Notes: generated by a model from the sequence alone, not told the origin. A stretch of 64,000 nt of DNA from Escherichia coli (GCF_050920415.1 NZ_CP169309.1); one strand, 5' to 3'. Positions 11,856 to 22,970 are shown, counted from the stretch's first letter. Numbers and translations are program-made.

Positions 11856-12692
11856 ATGGCGCACGACGAACAATGGCTTACCCCGCGGCTGCAAACGGCG
11901 GCAACGCTGTGTAACCAGACGCCCGCCGCGTCGGAATCTCCGCTGTGGCTGGGGGTAGATCTGGGCACCTGCGATGTGGTGTCGATGGTTGTCGACTGCG
12001 ACGGTCAGCCGGTGGCGGTATGTCTCGACTGGGCCGATGTGGTCCGCGACGGCATCGTCTGGGATTTCTTCGGTGCTGTCACCATTGTTCGTCGCCATCT
12101 CGATACCCTTGAGCAGCAATTTGGTCGCCGTTTTAGCCATGCGGCGACCTCATTTCCTCCTGGTACGGACCCGCGTATTTCCATCAACGTGCTGGAGTCT
12201 GCCGGGCTGGAAGTGAGCCATGTGCTTGATGAGCCAACCGCAGTCGCGGATCTACTGCAACTGGACAACGCCGGTGTAGTGGATATTGGCGGCGGCACTA
12301 CCGGAATTGCCATCGTGAAAAAGGGCAAGGTGACTTATTCAGCGGATGAAGCGACCGGCGGACATCACATTTCTCTGACTCTCGCCGGAAATCGCCGTAT
12401 TTCGCTGGAAGAGGCAGAGCAGTACAAGCGCGGTCACGGTGACGAGATTTGGCCTGCGGTGAAGCCGGTGTACGAAAAAATGGCGGACATTGTTGCCCGG
12501 CATATTGAAGGGGAGGGCATTACTGATTTATGGCTGGCGGGCGGCTCTTGTATGCAACCGGGCGTGGCGGAACTGTTTCGCAAACAATTCCCGGCGTTAC
12601 AGGTGCATTTACCGCAGCACAGTTTGTTTATGACCCCGCTGGCGATCGCCAGTAGCGGGCGAGAGAAAGCGGAGGGGCTATATGCAAAATGA
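11856..12692 (+). CDS. eutJ: Ethanolamine utilisation chaperone-like protein EutJ (actin/Hsp70-fold ATPase)
   Basis: 278 aa; DLGTCDVV and DIGGGTTGIA phosphate-binding motifs. Confidence 0.9.
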   Translation: MAHDEQWLTPRLQTAATLCNQTPAASESPLWLGVDLGTCDVVSMVVDCDGQPVAVCLDWADVVRDGIVWDFFGAVTIVRRHLDTLEQQFGRRFSHAATSFPPGTDPRISINVLESAGLEVSHVLDEPTAVADLLQLDNAGVVDIGGGTTGIAIVKKGKVTYSADEATGGHHISLTLAGNRRISLEEAEQYKRGHGDEIWPAVKPVYEKMADIVARHIEGEGITDLWLAGGSCMQPGVAELFRKQFPALQVHLPQHSLFMTPLAIASSGREKAEGLYAK

Positions 12693-13869
12693 ATTGCAGA
12701 CCGCGCTCTTTCAGGCGTTCGATACCCTGAATCTGCAACGGGTAAAAACATTTAGCGTTCCACCGGTGACGCTTTGCGGTCCGGGCGCGGTGAGCAGTTG
12801 TGGGCAGCAAGCGCAAACGCGTGGGCTGAAACATCTGTTCGTGATGGCAGACAGCTTTTTGCATCAGGCGGGGATGACCGCCGGGCTGACGCGCAGTCTG
12901 GCAGTAAAAGGCATCGCCATGACGCTCTGGCCGTGTCCGGTGGGCGAACCGTGCATCACTGACGTGTGTGCAGCCGTGGCGCAGTTGCGTGAATCAGGCT
13001 GTGATGGGGTGATCGCGTTTGGCGGTGGCTCGGTGCTGGATGCGGCAAAAGCCGTGGCGTTGCTGGTAACGAATCCCGATAGCACGCTGGCAGAAATGTC
13101 AGAAACCAGCGTTCTGCAACCGCGCCTGCCGTTGATTGCCATTCCAACTACCGCCGGAACCGGCTCTGAAACCACCAATGTAACGGTGATTATCGACGCG
13201 GTGAGCGGGCGCAAGCAGGTGTTAGCACATGCCTCGTTGATGCCGGATGTGGCGATTCTCGACGCCGCGCTGACCGAAGGTGTGCCGTCGCATGTCACGG
13301 CAATGACCGGTATCGACGCGTTAACTCATGCTATTGAAGCGTACAGCGCGCTGAACGCTACACCGTTTACAGACAGCCTGGCGATTGGCGCAATTGCGAT
13401 GATTGGTAAATCACTGCCGAAAGCAGTGGGCTACGGTCATGACCTTGCCGCGCGCGAGAGTATGTTGCTCGCATCATGCATGGCGGGAATGGCATTTTCC
13501 AGTGCCGGACTTGGGTTATGTCACGCGATGGCGCATCAGCCGGGGGCGGCGCTGCATATTCCGCACGGACTGGCGAACGCCATGCTGCTGCCCACGGTGA
13601 TGGAGTTTAACCGGATGGTCTGTCGCGAACGGTTTAGTCAGATTGGTCGGGCGCTGCGAACTAAAAAATCCGACGATCGTGATGCTATTAACGCGGTAAG
13701 TGAGCTGATTGCGGAAGTCGGGATTGGTAAACGGCTGGGCGATGTTGGCGCGACATCTGCGCATTACGGTGCATGGGCGCAGGCTGCGCAGGACGATATT
13801 TGTCTGCGTAGCAACCCGCGTACTGCCAGCCTGGAGCAGATCGTCGGCCTGTACGCGGCGGCGCAATAA
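12682..13869 (+). CDS. eutG: Iron-containing alcohol dehydrogenase EutG
   Basis: 395 aa; GGGSVLDAAKA motif typical of Fe-ADH. Confidence 0.9.
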   Translation: MQNELQTALFQAFDTLNLQRVKTFSVPPVTLCGPGAVSSCGQQAQTRGLKHLFVMADSFLHQAGMTAGLTRSLAVKGIAMTLWPCPVGEPCITDVCAAVAQLRESGCDGVIAFGGGSVLDAAKAVALLVTNPDSTLAEMSETSVLQPRLPLIAIPTTAGTGSETTNVTVIIDAVSGRKQVLAHASLMPDVAILDAALTEGVPSHVTAMTGIDALTHAIEAYSALNATPFTDSLAIGAIAMIGKSLPKAVGYGHDLAARESMLLASCMAGMAFSSAGLGLCHAMAHQPGAALHIPHGLANAMLLPTVMEFNRMVCRERFSQIGRALRTKKSDDRDAINAVSELIAEVGIGKRLGDVGATSAHYGAWAQAAQDDICLRSNPRTASLEQIVGLYAAAQ

Positions 13870-13870
13870 A

Positions 13871-14057
<187 letters not shown>

Positions 14058-14085
14058 AAATAACAACTAACAGGGAGTAAAGGCG

Positions 14086-15312
14086 ATGGGAATTAACGAA
14101 ATCATCATGTACATCATGATGTTCTTTATGCTGATAGCTGCCGTGGACAGGATCCTGTCGCAGTTCGGCGGTTCTGCTCGTTTCCTCGGTAAGTTCGGTA
14201 AAAGTATCGAAGGATCCGGCGGCCAGTTCGAAGAAGGCTTTATGGCAATGGGCGCACTGGGCCTGGCGATGGTCGGTATGACCGCACTGGCACCAGTTCT
14301 GGCCCACGTACTTGGGCCGGTGATTATCCCGGTTTACGAAATGCTCGGTGCTAACCCATCGATGTTCGCCGGAACACTGCTGGCGTGCGACATGGGCGGC
14401 TTCTTCCTCGCGAAAGAGCTGGCGGGCGGCGATGTGGCAGCGTGGCTATACTCTGGGTTAATTCTCGGATCGATGATGGGGCCAACGATTGTGTTTTCCA
14501 TTCCGGTGGCGCTCGGCATTATCGAACCTTCTGACCGTCGTTATCTGGCGCTCGGCGTGCTGGCGGGCATTGTGACCATTCCAATTGGCTGTATCGCTGG
14601 AGGTCTGGTAGCTATGTATTCCGGTGTGCAGATCAACGGGCAGCCGGTGGAATTCACCTTTGCGCTTATCCTGATGAATATGATCCCGGTACTTATCGTC
14701 GCGGTGCTGGTGGCGCTGGGGCTGAAATTCATCCCGGAAAAAATGATCAACGGCTTCCAGATCTTCGCCAAATTCCTCGTTGCATTGATCACCCTCGGTC
14801 TTGCCGCTGCGGTAGTGAAATTCCTCCTTGGCTGGGAACTGATCCCCGGTCTGGATCCGATCTTCATGGCTCCAGGCGACAAACCCGGTGAAGTGATGCG
14901 CGCCATTGAAGTTATCGGTTCTATCTCCTGCGTTCTGTTAGGGGCGTATCCGATGGTGCTGCTGCTGACACGCTGGTTTGAAAAACCGCTGATGAGCGTC
15001 GGTAAAGTGCTGAATATGAACAATATCGCGGCAGCCGGCATGGTGGCAACGCTTGCCAACAACATCCCGATGTTTGGCATGATGAAGCAGATGGATACCC
15101 GCGGCAAAGTCATCAACTGTGCCTTCGCCGTTTCCGCTGCTTTCGCCCTGGGTGACCACTTAGGCTTCGCCGCTGCCAACATGAACGCCATGATCTTCCC
15201 GATGATTGTCGGCAAGTTGATCGGCGGCGTAACGGCGATTGGCGTGGCGATGATGCTGGTGCCAAAAGAAGACGCGACCGCGGCTAAAACCGAAGCGGAG
15301 GCACAATCGTGA
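14086..15312 (+). CDS. eutH: Ethanolamine permease EutH
   Basis: 408 aa polytopic membrane protein; operon position. Confidence 0.9.
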   Translation: MGINEIIMYIMMFFMLIAAVDRILSQFGGSARFLGKFGKSIEGSGGQFEEGFMAMGALGLAMVGMTALAPVLAHVLGPVIIPVYEMLGANPSMFAGTLLACDMGGFFLAKELAGGDVAAWLYSGLILGSMMGPTIVFSIPVALGIIEPSDRRYLALGVLAGIVTIPIGCIAGGLVAMYSGVQINGQPVEFTFALILMNMIPVLIVAVLVALGLKFIPEKMINGFQIFAKFLVALITLGLAAAVVKFLLGWELIPGLDPIFMAPGDKPGEVMRAIEVIGSISCVLLGAYPMVLLLTRWFEKPLMSVGKVLNMNNIAAAGMVATLANNIPMFGMMKQMDTRGKVINCAFAVSAAFALGDHLGFAAANMNAMIFPMIVGKLIGGVTAIGVAMMLVPKEDATAAKTEAEAQS

Positions 15313-16712
15313 ACACTCGCCAGCTACTGAGCGTCGGTATCGATATCGGCACTACCACCACCCAGGTGATCTTCTCCCACCTGGAGCTGGTTAACCGTGC
15401 GGCGGTGTCGCAGGTGCCGCGCTACGAATTCATCAAACGCGAAATTAGCTGGCAAAGCCCGGTGTTCTTTACCCCTGTCGATAAACAGGGCGGTTTAAAA
15501 GAAGAGGAACTGAAATCCTTAATCCTCGAGCAATATCAGGCTGCGGGCATTGCGCCGGAAAGTGTGGATTCCGGTGCCATCATCATCACCGGCGAAAGCG
15601 CGAAAACCCGCAATGCTCGCCCGGCGGTGATGACGCTCTCTCAGTCGCTGGGCGATTTTGTCGTTGCCAGCGCTGGGCCGCATCTCGAATCCGTGATCGC
15701 CGGTCACGGTGCCGGGGCGCAAACCCTTTCTGAACAACGGTTATGTCGGGTACTGAATATCGACATCGGCGGTGGCACCGCGAACTACGCTTTGTTCGAT
15801 GCCGGAAAAATCAGCGGCACTGCCTGCCTTAACGTCGGCGGCCGCCTGCTGGAAACCGACAGCCAGGGACGCGTGGTTTACGCTCATATACCGGGGCAGA
15901 TGATTGTGGATGAGTGCTTCGGTGCAGGCACTGACGCCTGTTCACTGACCGGCGCGCAGCTGGTGCAGGTTACCCGGCGGATGGCGGAACTGATTGTCGA
16001 AGTGATTGACGGAACGCTCTCGCCGCTCGCGCAGGCATTGATGCAAACCGGTTTGCTGCCCGCAGGTGTTACGCCCGAAATCATTACGCTTTCTGGCGGC
16101 GTGGGCGAATGTTATCGCCACCAGCCCGCTGACCCGTTCTGTTTTGCCGATATTGGCCCGCTTCTGGCAACGGCGCTGCATGAGCATCCTCGTCTGCGTG
16201 AGATGAACGTGCAGTTTCCAGCGCAAACCGTGCGCGCCACGGTGATTGGCGCAGGCGCACATACCCTTTCGCTCTCTGGCAGCACAATCTGGCTGGAGGG
16301 GGTACAACTGCCGCTGCGCAATTTGCCGGTGGCGATCCCAATTGATGAAACGGATCTGGTGAGTGCCTGGCAACAAGCGCTAATTCAACTGGATCTTTGC
16401 CCCAAAACTGACGCGTACGTGCTGGCGCTTCCCGCCTCGCTGCCTGTGCGTTACGCCGCGGTACTGACGGTCATCAACGCGCTGGTCGATTTCGTCGCGC
16501 GTTTTCCGAATCCGCATCCCCTGCTGGTGGTGGCCGGGCAGGACTTTGGTAAAGCTCTGGGCATGTTGTTGCGTCCACAGCTACAACAACTCCCGTTGGC
16601 AGTCATTGACGAAGTGATTGTCCGCGCGGGGGACTATATCGACATTGGTACGCCTCTTTTTGGCGGATCGGTTGTGCCGGTGACGGTGAAATCACTCGCA
16701 TTTCCTTCCTGA
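15309..16712 (+). CDS. eutA: Ethanolamine ammonia-lyase reactivase EutA
   Basis: 467 aa; 4-nt overlap with eutH. Confidence 0.9.
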   Translation: MNTRQLLSVGIDIGTTTTQVIFSHLELVNRAAVSQVPRYEFIKREISWQSPVFFTPVDKQGGLKEEELKSLILEQYQAAGIAPESVDSGAIIITGESAKTRNARPAVMTLSQSLGDFVVASAGPHLESVIAGHGAGAQTLSEQRLCRVLNIDIGGGTANYALFDAGKISGTACLNVGGRLLETDSQGRVVYAHIPGQMIVDECFGAGTDACSLTGAQLVQVTRRMAELIVEVIDGTLSPLAQALMQTGLLPAGVTPEIITLSGGVGECYRHQPADPFCFADIGPLLATALHEHPRLREMNVQFPAQTVRATVIGAGAHTLSLSGSTIWLEGVQLPLRNLPVAIPIDETDLVSAWQQALIQLDLCPKTDAYVLALPASLPVRYAAVLTVINALVDFVARFPNPHPLLVVAGQDFGKALGMLLRPQLQQLPLAVIDEVIVRAGDYIDIGTPLFGGSVVPVTVKSLAFPS

Positions 16713-16723
16713 GGGAACGACTT

Positions 16724-18085
16724 ATGAAACTAAAGACCACATTGTTCGGCAATGTATATCAGTTTAAGGATGTAAAAGAGGTGCTGGCTAAAGCCAACGA
16801 ACTGCGTTCGGGGGATGTGCTGGCGGGCGTTGCAGCGGCAAGCTCACAGGAGCGCGTGGCGGCAAAGCAGGTGTTGTCGGAAATGACCGTAGCGGACATC
16901 CGCAATAATCCGGTGATTGCCTATGAAGATGACTGCGTTACGCGGTTGATTCAGGACGACGTTAACGAAACGGCATACAACCAGATTAAAAACTGGAGCA
17001 TCAGCGAACTGCGTGAGTATGTGCTGAGTGATGAAACCAGCGTTGACGACATTGCTTTTACCCGCAAAGGGCTGACCTCGGAAGTGGTCGCGGCGGTAGC
17101 GAAGATTTGCTCTAACGCGGACCTGATCTACGGCGCGAAGAAAATGCCGGTAATCAAAAAGGCCAATACAACTATTGGTATTCCGGGCACCTTCAGCGCC
17201 CGTTTGCAGCCAAACGATACCCGCGACGACGTGCAAAGTATCGCCGCGCAAATCTACGAAGGGCTTTCTTTCGGGGTGGGCGATGCGGTGATCGGCGTTA
17301 ACCCGGTGACTGACGACGTGGAAAACTTAAGCCGCGTGCTGGATACCATCTATGGCGTGATCGACAAATTCAACATTCCGACCCAGGGCTGCGTGCTGGC
17401 GCACGTTACTACCCAGATTGAAGCGATCCGTCGCGGCGCGCCGGGCGGGCTGATTTTCCAGAGCATCTGCGGCAGCGAAAAAGGGCTGAAAGAATTTGGC
17501 GTGGAGCTGGCGATGCTCGATGAAGCACGCGCAGTGGGCGCAGAGTTTAACCGTATCGCCGGGGAAAACTGCCTCTACTTCGAAACCGGGCAGGGTTCTG
17601 CGCTATCGGCGGGCGCTAACTTCGGTGCAGATCAGGTAACGATGGAAGCGCGTAACTACGGGCTGGCACGTCATTACGATCCGTTTATCGTCAACACCGT
17701 AGTGGGCTTTATTGGGCCAGAGTATCTCTACAACGACCGGCAGATTATCCGTGCGGGCTTAGAAGATCACTTTATGGGCAAACTGAGCGGCATTTCTATG
17801 GGCTGTGACTGCTGCTACACCAACCACGCTGACGCTGACCAGAACCTCAACGAAAACCTGATGATCCTGCTCGCCACCGCAGGCTGTAACTACATCATGG
17901 GGATGCCGCTGGGTGATGACATCATGCTCAACTACCAGACTACGGCCTTCCACGACACCGCCACTGTGCGTCAGTTACTCAACCTGCGCCCGTCACCGGA
18001 GTTTGAACGCTGGCTGGAAAGCATGGGCATTATGGCAAACGGTCGCCTGACCAAACGGGCGGGCGATCCGTCACTGTTCTTCTGA
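16724..18085 (+). CDS. eutB: Ethanolamine ammonia-lyase heavy chain EutB
   Basis: 453 aa; starts 12 bp after the eutA stop. Confidence 0.93.
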   Translation: MKLKTTLFGNVYQFKDVKEVLAKANELRSGDVLAGVAAASSQERVAAKQVLSEMTVADIRNNPVIAYEDDCVTRLIQDDVNETAYNQIKNWSISELREYVLSDETSVDDIAFTRKGLTSEVVAAVAKICSNADLIYGAKKMPVIKKANTTIGIPGTFSARLQPNDTRDDVQSIAAQIYEGLSFGVGDAVIGVNPVTDDVENLSRVLDTIYGVIDKFNIPTQGCVLAHVTTQIEAIRRGAPGGLIFQSICGSEKGLKEFGVELAMLDEARAVGAEFNRIAGENCLYFETGQGSALSAGANFGADQVTMEARNYGLARHYDPFIVNTVVGFIGPEYLYNDRQIIRAGLEDHFMGKLSGISMGCDCCYTNHADADQNLNENLMILLATAGCNYIMGMPLGDDIMLNYQTTAFHDTATVRQLLNLRPSPEFERWLESMGIMANGRLTKRAGDPSLFF

Positions 18086-18105
18086 TGACGCGGAGATAAC
18101 ACATC

Positions 18106-18993
18106 ATGGATCAAAAACAGATTGAAGAAATTGTACGCAGCGTGATGGCGTCAATGGGACAAGCGGCCCCCGCGCCGTCAGAAGCAAAATGCGCCACTAC
18201 CACCTGTGCAGCACCGGTGACCTCGGAAAGCTGCGCGCTGGATTTAGGTTCCGCAGAAGCAAAAGCGTGGATTGGCGTTGAAAACCCGCATCGCGCAGAC
18301 GTATTAACAGAACTGCGCCGCAGCACCGTGGCTCGCGTCTGTACCGGTCGTGCCGGTCCGCGTCCGCGTACCCAGGCGTTGCTGCGTTTCCTGGCCGATC
18401 ACTCTCGTTCGAAAGACACCGTACTGAAAGAAGTGCCGGAGGAGTGGGTGAAAGCGCAGGGCTTGCTGGAAGTCCGCTCTGAAATTAGCGACAAAAATCT
18501 CTATCTGACTCGCCCGGATATGGGCCGCCGCTTGTGTGCAGAGGCTGTTGAAGCGCTGAAAGCGCAGTGTGTTGCCAATCCGGACGTACAGGTGGTTATT
18601 TCCGATGGTCTATCTACTGATGCGATCACCGTGAACTATGAAGAGATTCTGCCACCGCTGATGGCGGGCCTGAAACAGGCCGGGTTGAAAGTCGGCACAC
18701 CGTTCTTTGTGCGTTACGGTCGCGTGAAGATTGAAGATCAGATTGGCGAACTTCTTGGCGCGAAAGTGGTGATCCTGCTGGTGGGTGAACGTCCGGGGTT
18801 GGGGCAGTCAGAAAGTCTCTCCTGCTACGCCGTTTACTTGCCGCGTATGGCAACCACCGTTGAGGCCGACCGTACCTGTATCTCTAACATTCACCAGGGC
18901 GGCACGCCGCCGGTTGAAGCCGCAGCCGTCATTGTGGATTTGGCGAAACGTATGCTGGAGCAGAAAGCATCCGGCATCAACATGACCCGATAA
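18106..18993 (+). CDS. eutC: Ethanolamine ammonia-lyase light chain EutC
   Basis: 295 aa; operon position. Confidence 0.92.
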   Translation: MDQKQIEEIVRSVMASMGQAAPAPSEAKCATTTCAAPVTSESCALDLGSAEAKAWIGVENPHRADVLTELRRSTVARVCTGRAGPRPRTQALLRFLADHSRSKDTVLKEVPEEWVKAQGLLEVRSEISDKNLYLTRPDMGRRLCAEAVEALKAQCVANPDVQVVISDGLSTDAITVNYEEILPPLMAGLKQAGLKVGTPFFVRYGRVKIEDQIGELLGAKVVILLVGERPGLGQSESLSCYAVYLPRMATTVEADRTCISNIHQGGTPPVEAAAVIVDLAKRMLEQKASGINMTR

Positions 18994-19002
18994 GGAGGCA
19001 TC

Positions 19003-19662
19003 ATGCCAGCTTTAGATTTGATTCGACCGTCGGTAACCGCCATGCGGGTGATTGCCTCTGTTAACGCCGAATTTGCGCGTGAACTGAAATTGCCGCCGCA
19101 TATTCGTAGCCTCGGGCTGATTTCTGCTGATTCCGATGACGTCACCTACATTGCGGCTGACGAAGCGACCAAGCAGGCGATGGTTGAAGTCGTGTATGGT
19201 CGCTCGCTGTATGCGGGAGCTGCACACGGGCCGTCACCGACTGCCGGTGAAGTGCTGATTATGCTCGGGGGGCCAAACCCGGCGGAAGTGCGTGCCGGTC
19301 TGGATGCGATGGTTGCGCATATTGAAAATGGCGCTGCTTTCCAGTGGGCTAATGATGCAGAAAACACAGCCTTCCTGGCGCATGTCGTTTCGCGTACCGG
19401 CTCTTATCTCTCATCAACCGCCGGGATCACGCTTGGCGATCCGCTGGCGTATCTGGTGGCACCGCCGCTGGAAGCGACCTACGGCATTGATGCAGCGTTG
19501 AAATCTGCCGACGTGCAGCTGGTGACCTATGTCCCGCCACCGTCTGAAACCAACTACTCGGCAGCATTTTTAACCGGTAGCCAGGCCGCGTGTAAAGCAG
19601 CCTGTAACGCCTTTACCGATGCAGTGCTGGAAATCGCGCGTAATCCAATCCAGCGTGCGTAA
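19003..19662 (+). CDS. eutL: Microcompartment shell protein EutL (tandem BMC domains)
   Basis: 219 aa; operon position. Confidence 0.9.
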   Translation: MPALDLIRPSVTAMRVIASVNAEFARELKLPPHIRSLGLISADSDDVTYIAADEATKQAMVEVVYGRSLYAGAAHGPSPTAGEVLIMLGGPNPAEVRAGLDAMVAHIENGAAFQWANDAENTAFLAHVVSRTGSYLSSTAGITLGDPLAYLVAPPLEATYGIDAALKSADVQLVTYVPPPSETNYSAAFLTGSQAACKAACNAFTDAVLEIARNPIQRA

Positions 19663-19674
19663 CGGAGGTTGCCG

Positions 19675-20175
19675 ATGATCAATGCACTGGGATTGCTGGA
19701 AGTGGACGGCATGGTCGCCGCGATAGATGCAGCTGATGCCATGCTCAAAGCAGCTAACGTTCGTCTGCTCAGTCACGAAGTGCTTGACCCTGGTCGCCTA
19801 ACGCTGGTGGTGGAAGGCGATCTGGCGGCGTGTCGTGCGGCGCTGGACGCAGGTTGTGCTGCCGCGATGCGTACCGGGCGTGTCATCAGCCGTAAGGAGA
19901 TCGGTCGGCCAGACGATGACACCCAGTGGCTGGTTACTGGCTTTAACCGCCAACCGAAGCAACCCGTAAAGGAACCCGACGCGCCAGTTATCGTCGCGGA
20001 ATCTGCTGACGAGTTGTTGGCGCTGTTAACATCAGTACGTCAGGGAATGACGGCAGGAGAAGTGGCTGCCCACTTTGGCTGGCCGCTGGAAAAAGCCAGA
20101 AATGCGCTCGAACAGCTCTTTTCTGCCGGGACGTTACGTAAACGCAGTAGTCGTTATCGTCTCAAGCCCCATTAA
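19675..20175 (+). CDS. eutK: Microcompartment shell protein EutK
   Basis: ORF 19669 (TTG) trimmed to ATG 19675 behind a ggagg RBS; MINALGLLEVDGMVAAIDAADAM..., 166 aa. Confidence 0.88.
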   Translation: MINALGLLEVDGMVAAIDAADAMLKAANVRLLSHEVLDPGRLTLVVEGDLAACRAALDAGCAAAMRTGRVISRKEIGRPDDDTQWLVTGFNRQPKQPVKEPDAPVIVAESADELLALLTSVRQGMTAGEVAAHFGWPLEKARNALEQLFSAGTLRKRSSRYRLKPH

Positions 20176-20220
20176 CCTGTCGGAGGTGCCGGGTGTCCTA
20201 CAACACCCGGCATTAACATC

Positions 20221-21273
20221 ATGAAAAAGACCCGTACAGCCAATTTGCACCATCTTTATCATGAACCCTTACCCGAAAACCTGAAGCTCACGCCGAAGGT
20301 CGAAGTGGATAATGTTCATCAACGACAGACAACGGATGTCTATGAACATGCTTTGACGATTACCGCCTGGCAGCAGATTTACGATCAGCTGCATCCGGGC
20401 AAGTTTCATGGTGAATTTACGGAAATTCTACTCGATGATATTCAGGTTTTTCGTGAATACACCGGTCTGGCGCTGCGTCAGTCGTGCCTGGTCTGGCCGA
20501 ACTCGTTCTGGTTTGGCATTCCGGCGACGCGCGGTGAGCAGGGATTTATCGGTTCGCAATGTCTGGGAAGCGCAGAAATTGCGACACGCCCTGGAGGAAC
20601 CGAGTTTGAATTAAGTACGCCGGACGATTACACGATCCTTGGCGTGGTGCTTTCTGAAGATGTCATCACCCGTCAGGCTAACTTTTTGCATAACCCGGAA
20701 AGGGTGCTGCATATGTTACGTAACCAGTCGGCGCTGGAAGTGAAAGAGCAGCATAAAGCCGCGCTGTGGGGCTTTGTCCAACAGGCTCTGGCGACATTTT
20801 GCGAGAACCCGGAAAATCTCCATCAGCCTGCAGTGCGAAAAGTGCTGGGGGATAATTTGCTAATGGCGATGGGGGCGATGCTGGAAGAAGCGCAGCCAAT
20901 GGTGACGGCGGAAAGTATCAGCCACCAGAGTTACCGTCGCTTGTTGACCCGCGCGCGTGAATATGTGCTGGAGAATATGTCCGAACCGGTAACCGTGCTG
21001 GATTTGTGCAATCAACTGCATGTCAGCCGCCGCACGCTACAAAACGCGTTTCACGCTCTTTTAGGCATTGGCCCAAACGCGTGGCTGAAACGCATTCGCC
21101 TGAACGCCGTGCGCCGCGAACTGATAAGCCCGTGGTCGCAAAGTACAACGGTCAAAGATGCCGCCATGCAGTGGGGATTCTGGCATCTGGGGCAATTCGC
21201 CACGGATTACCAGCAACTGTTTGCCGAGAAGCCGTCTCTGACGCTACATCAGCGGATGCAGGAACTGGAGTGA
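20221..21273 (+). CDS. eutR: AraC-family transcriptional activator of the eut operon, EutR
   Basis: 350 aa; C-terminal AraC-type HTH region; last gene of the operon. Confidence 0.9.
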   Translation: MKKTRTANLHHLYHEPLPENLKLTPKVEVDNVHQRQTTDVYEHALTITAWQQIYDQLHPGKFHGEFTEILLDDIQVFREYTGLALRQSCLVWPNSFWFGIPATRGEQGFIGSQCLGSAEIATRPGGTEFELSTPDDYTILGVVLSEDVITRQANFLHNPERVLHMLRNQSALEVKEQHKAALWGFVQQALATFCENPENLHQPAVRKVLGDNLLMAMGAMLEEAQPMVTAESISHQSYRRLLTRAREYVLENMSEPVTVLDLCNQLHVSRRTLQNAFHALLGIGPNAWLKRIRLNAVRRELISPWSQSTTVKDAAMQWGFWHLGQFATDYQQLFAEKPSLTLHQRMQELE

Positions 21274-21349
21274 GGGTGAGGGCCGGATGAGGATGGTGTT
21301 TGATCCGGTCCATAGTGAAGTTACAAATTACGTTGAATTGCTATGTATT

Positions 21350-21667
21350 TTATTGCCCAACGGGATAGGCGATAAACAAACCGACAATTGTCAGAATACA
21401 CGCCAGCAGGAATACCAACATACAATTTACGCGCTTTCGCGAAATTTTAAATAAATAGCAAAATAGTGTTGTTACCACGATCACTACCGGGATAGTCATA
21501 AAATTAATAACGATGAGTGCTATCAATCCAAAACTTGCTCCTCCACCGTGGGGAATAAAAATGTGTTCTTCAAAATAAACTTCTATAGCAAATGCCAGCA
21601 CACATCCCAGAAAACTCATATCCAGATGAGGGTGCCATTTACTTTCTTTATTTGATGTGTCTGACAT
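21350..21667 (-). CDS. Small hypothetical membrane protein (about 3 predicted TM helices); accessory relative to K-12
   Basis: 105 aa with hydrophobic stretches (LGCVLAFAIEVYF, FGLIALIVINFMTIPVVIVVTTLF, MLVFLLACILTIVGLFI); visibly AT-rich coding sequence; no counterpart recalled between eutR and hemF in K-12. Confidence 0.5.
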   Translation of the reverse strand: MSDTSNKESKWHPHLDMSFLGCVLAFAIEVYFEEHIFIPHGGGASFGLIALIVINFMTIPVVIVVTTLFCYLFKISRKRVNCMLVFLLACILTIVGLFIAYPVGQ

Positions 21668-21707
21668 TCTTAAATGCTCCCGTGAGCAAACTGGCGCAAA
21701 ATAATTT

Positions 21708-22970
21708 CTAAGATTGCTGATAAGACGTCGCTGTTGTCCGGCACTCCGGGCAGATAAACGCGTAAATTATCCCTTCGCCATATTGTTCAATATCGGCATA
21801 ATCCAGTTGCGCAAGAAACATCATTGTGTGGGAACATTGCGGACAGAGAGGATATTCCGCGTCCTGAATCCAGGTTGGATGCCCGCCAAGTTGCGAGAAA
21901 GAGACAGGTAAAAATGGGTCTGCGGCAAATAACGGTGACCTAAGGTTTCCCTGTCTCATGCTGTTTACAGGGAGTCGACGCCATTCCGATACATCATCCG
22001 GCAGCCAGGCAGGCGGGATATTTTTTGCAGACAAATGAGCGTTACCCTTTGAGTCCATGTAGCCGAAAATGGTGCTGTAGGCGGTGCAACATTCGCAAGT
22101 CACGACGCGAAAACTGCCGTTATCGCTAAGACCCGTTGCCTTCAGGTCAACGTCGAAAAGATTTGTTAGGGGCAATGCGCACTTTGGACAGGTATCGCTG
22201 CGTTCATCAACAACACGCAAAGCTTCGCAAGACCCGGTGCTTTTCATCTCCAGATGAAAACATTGAGGAAAATAGAGATTACGCCTTTGATCTTCAGCGG
22301 TTAACTCCCAACCGGCCTCATGCGCATATTCTTCTGGCGCGATGTAAAGTGAACTGCGCCACAGCGGCGGGTTATTGCGCCAGTAGGCAAAACGTTCAAC
22401 AACAACGTCATCCCCAATCCATGCCAGACATTGCAGAATACAATTTCTGTTTTCTGCATCATCCTCAACCCGTTCTAACAGCGTATCGCGAACATCCGCT
22501 GGGGCGCGGTGGAAAGGCAGAGGAGAATAAGCGTCTAAATCATCATAAGAGATCCACTCTCGTAAATATGCATCCAGATTTGCCTGGGTAAACGCCGCCA
22601 GACAAAGACAAATCTCCTGAGCGTGTTCATATTCACCAGACGCAAAGCGTTCTGTGGCGTAATCAGCCATTTGCTGCGCTTGCTCGGCGGTCAACTGTTG
22701 ATACAGGGCATCGGTGGGAACGGGGCAGGGAGTCCAGTCGATTAACGCATCGAATTTCCGCGGTTGGTGAATTAATTTAAGCATGGCAACCGGATCGCTT
22801 AACCCAGCAAACGCATTCACGATCTTTTTGTTTTTCTTGATATATTCGTCGTGCTCACGCTGCTGTTGGGCCTGCTCGCAGGGCATGCAGTATCCGTTAG
22901 TACGCGCTGCGGTTTCCGGAAGAATGGTTGATGTACAAGCGGGGCTTTTACAGGGAATACGGTGAGTCAT
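21708..22970 (-). CDS. Hypothetical Cys-rich protein with DUF1963/YwqG-like C-terminal signature; accessory relative to K-12
   Basis: 420 aa; several CxxC pairs (CMPC, CPKC, CPQC, CPEC); C-terminal GGHPTWIQDAEYPLCPQCSHTMMFLAQLDY...GIIYAFICPEC resembles the DUF1963 family by recollection. Confidence 0.6.
   Translation of the reverse strand: MTHRIPCKSPACTSTILPETAARTNGYCMPCEQAQQQREHDEYIKKNKKIVNAFAGLSDPVAMLKLIHQPRKFDALIDWTPCPVPTDALYQQLTAEQAQQMADYATERFASGEYEHAQEICLCLAAFTQANLDAYLREWISYDDLDAYSPLPFHRAPADVRDTLLERVEDDAENRNCILQCLAWIGDDVVVERFAYWRNNPPLWRSSLYIAPEEYAHEAGWELTAEDQRRNLYFPQCFHLEMKSTGSCEALRVVDERSDTCPKCALPLTNLFDVDLKATGLSDNGSFRVVTCECCTAYSTIFGYMDSKGNAHLSAKNIPPAWLPDDVSEWRRLPVNSMRQGNLRSPLFAADPFLPVSFSQLGGHPTWIQDAEYPLCPQCSHTMMFLAQLDYADIEQYGEGIIYAFICPECRTTATSYQQS

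Noticed and set aside
16713-16723. Prophage insertion (CPZ-55-like) between eutA and eutB
   Set aside because: eutA and eutB are separated by only 11 bp; no prophage genes are present.
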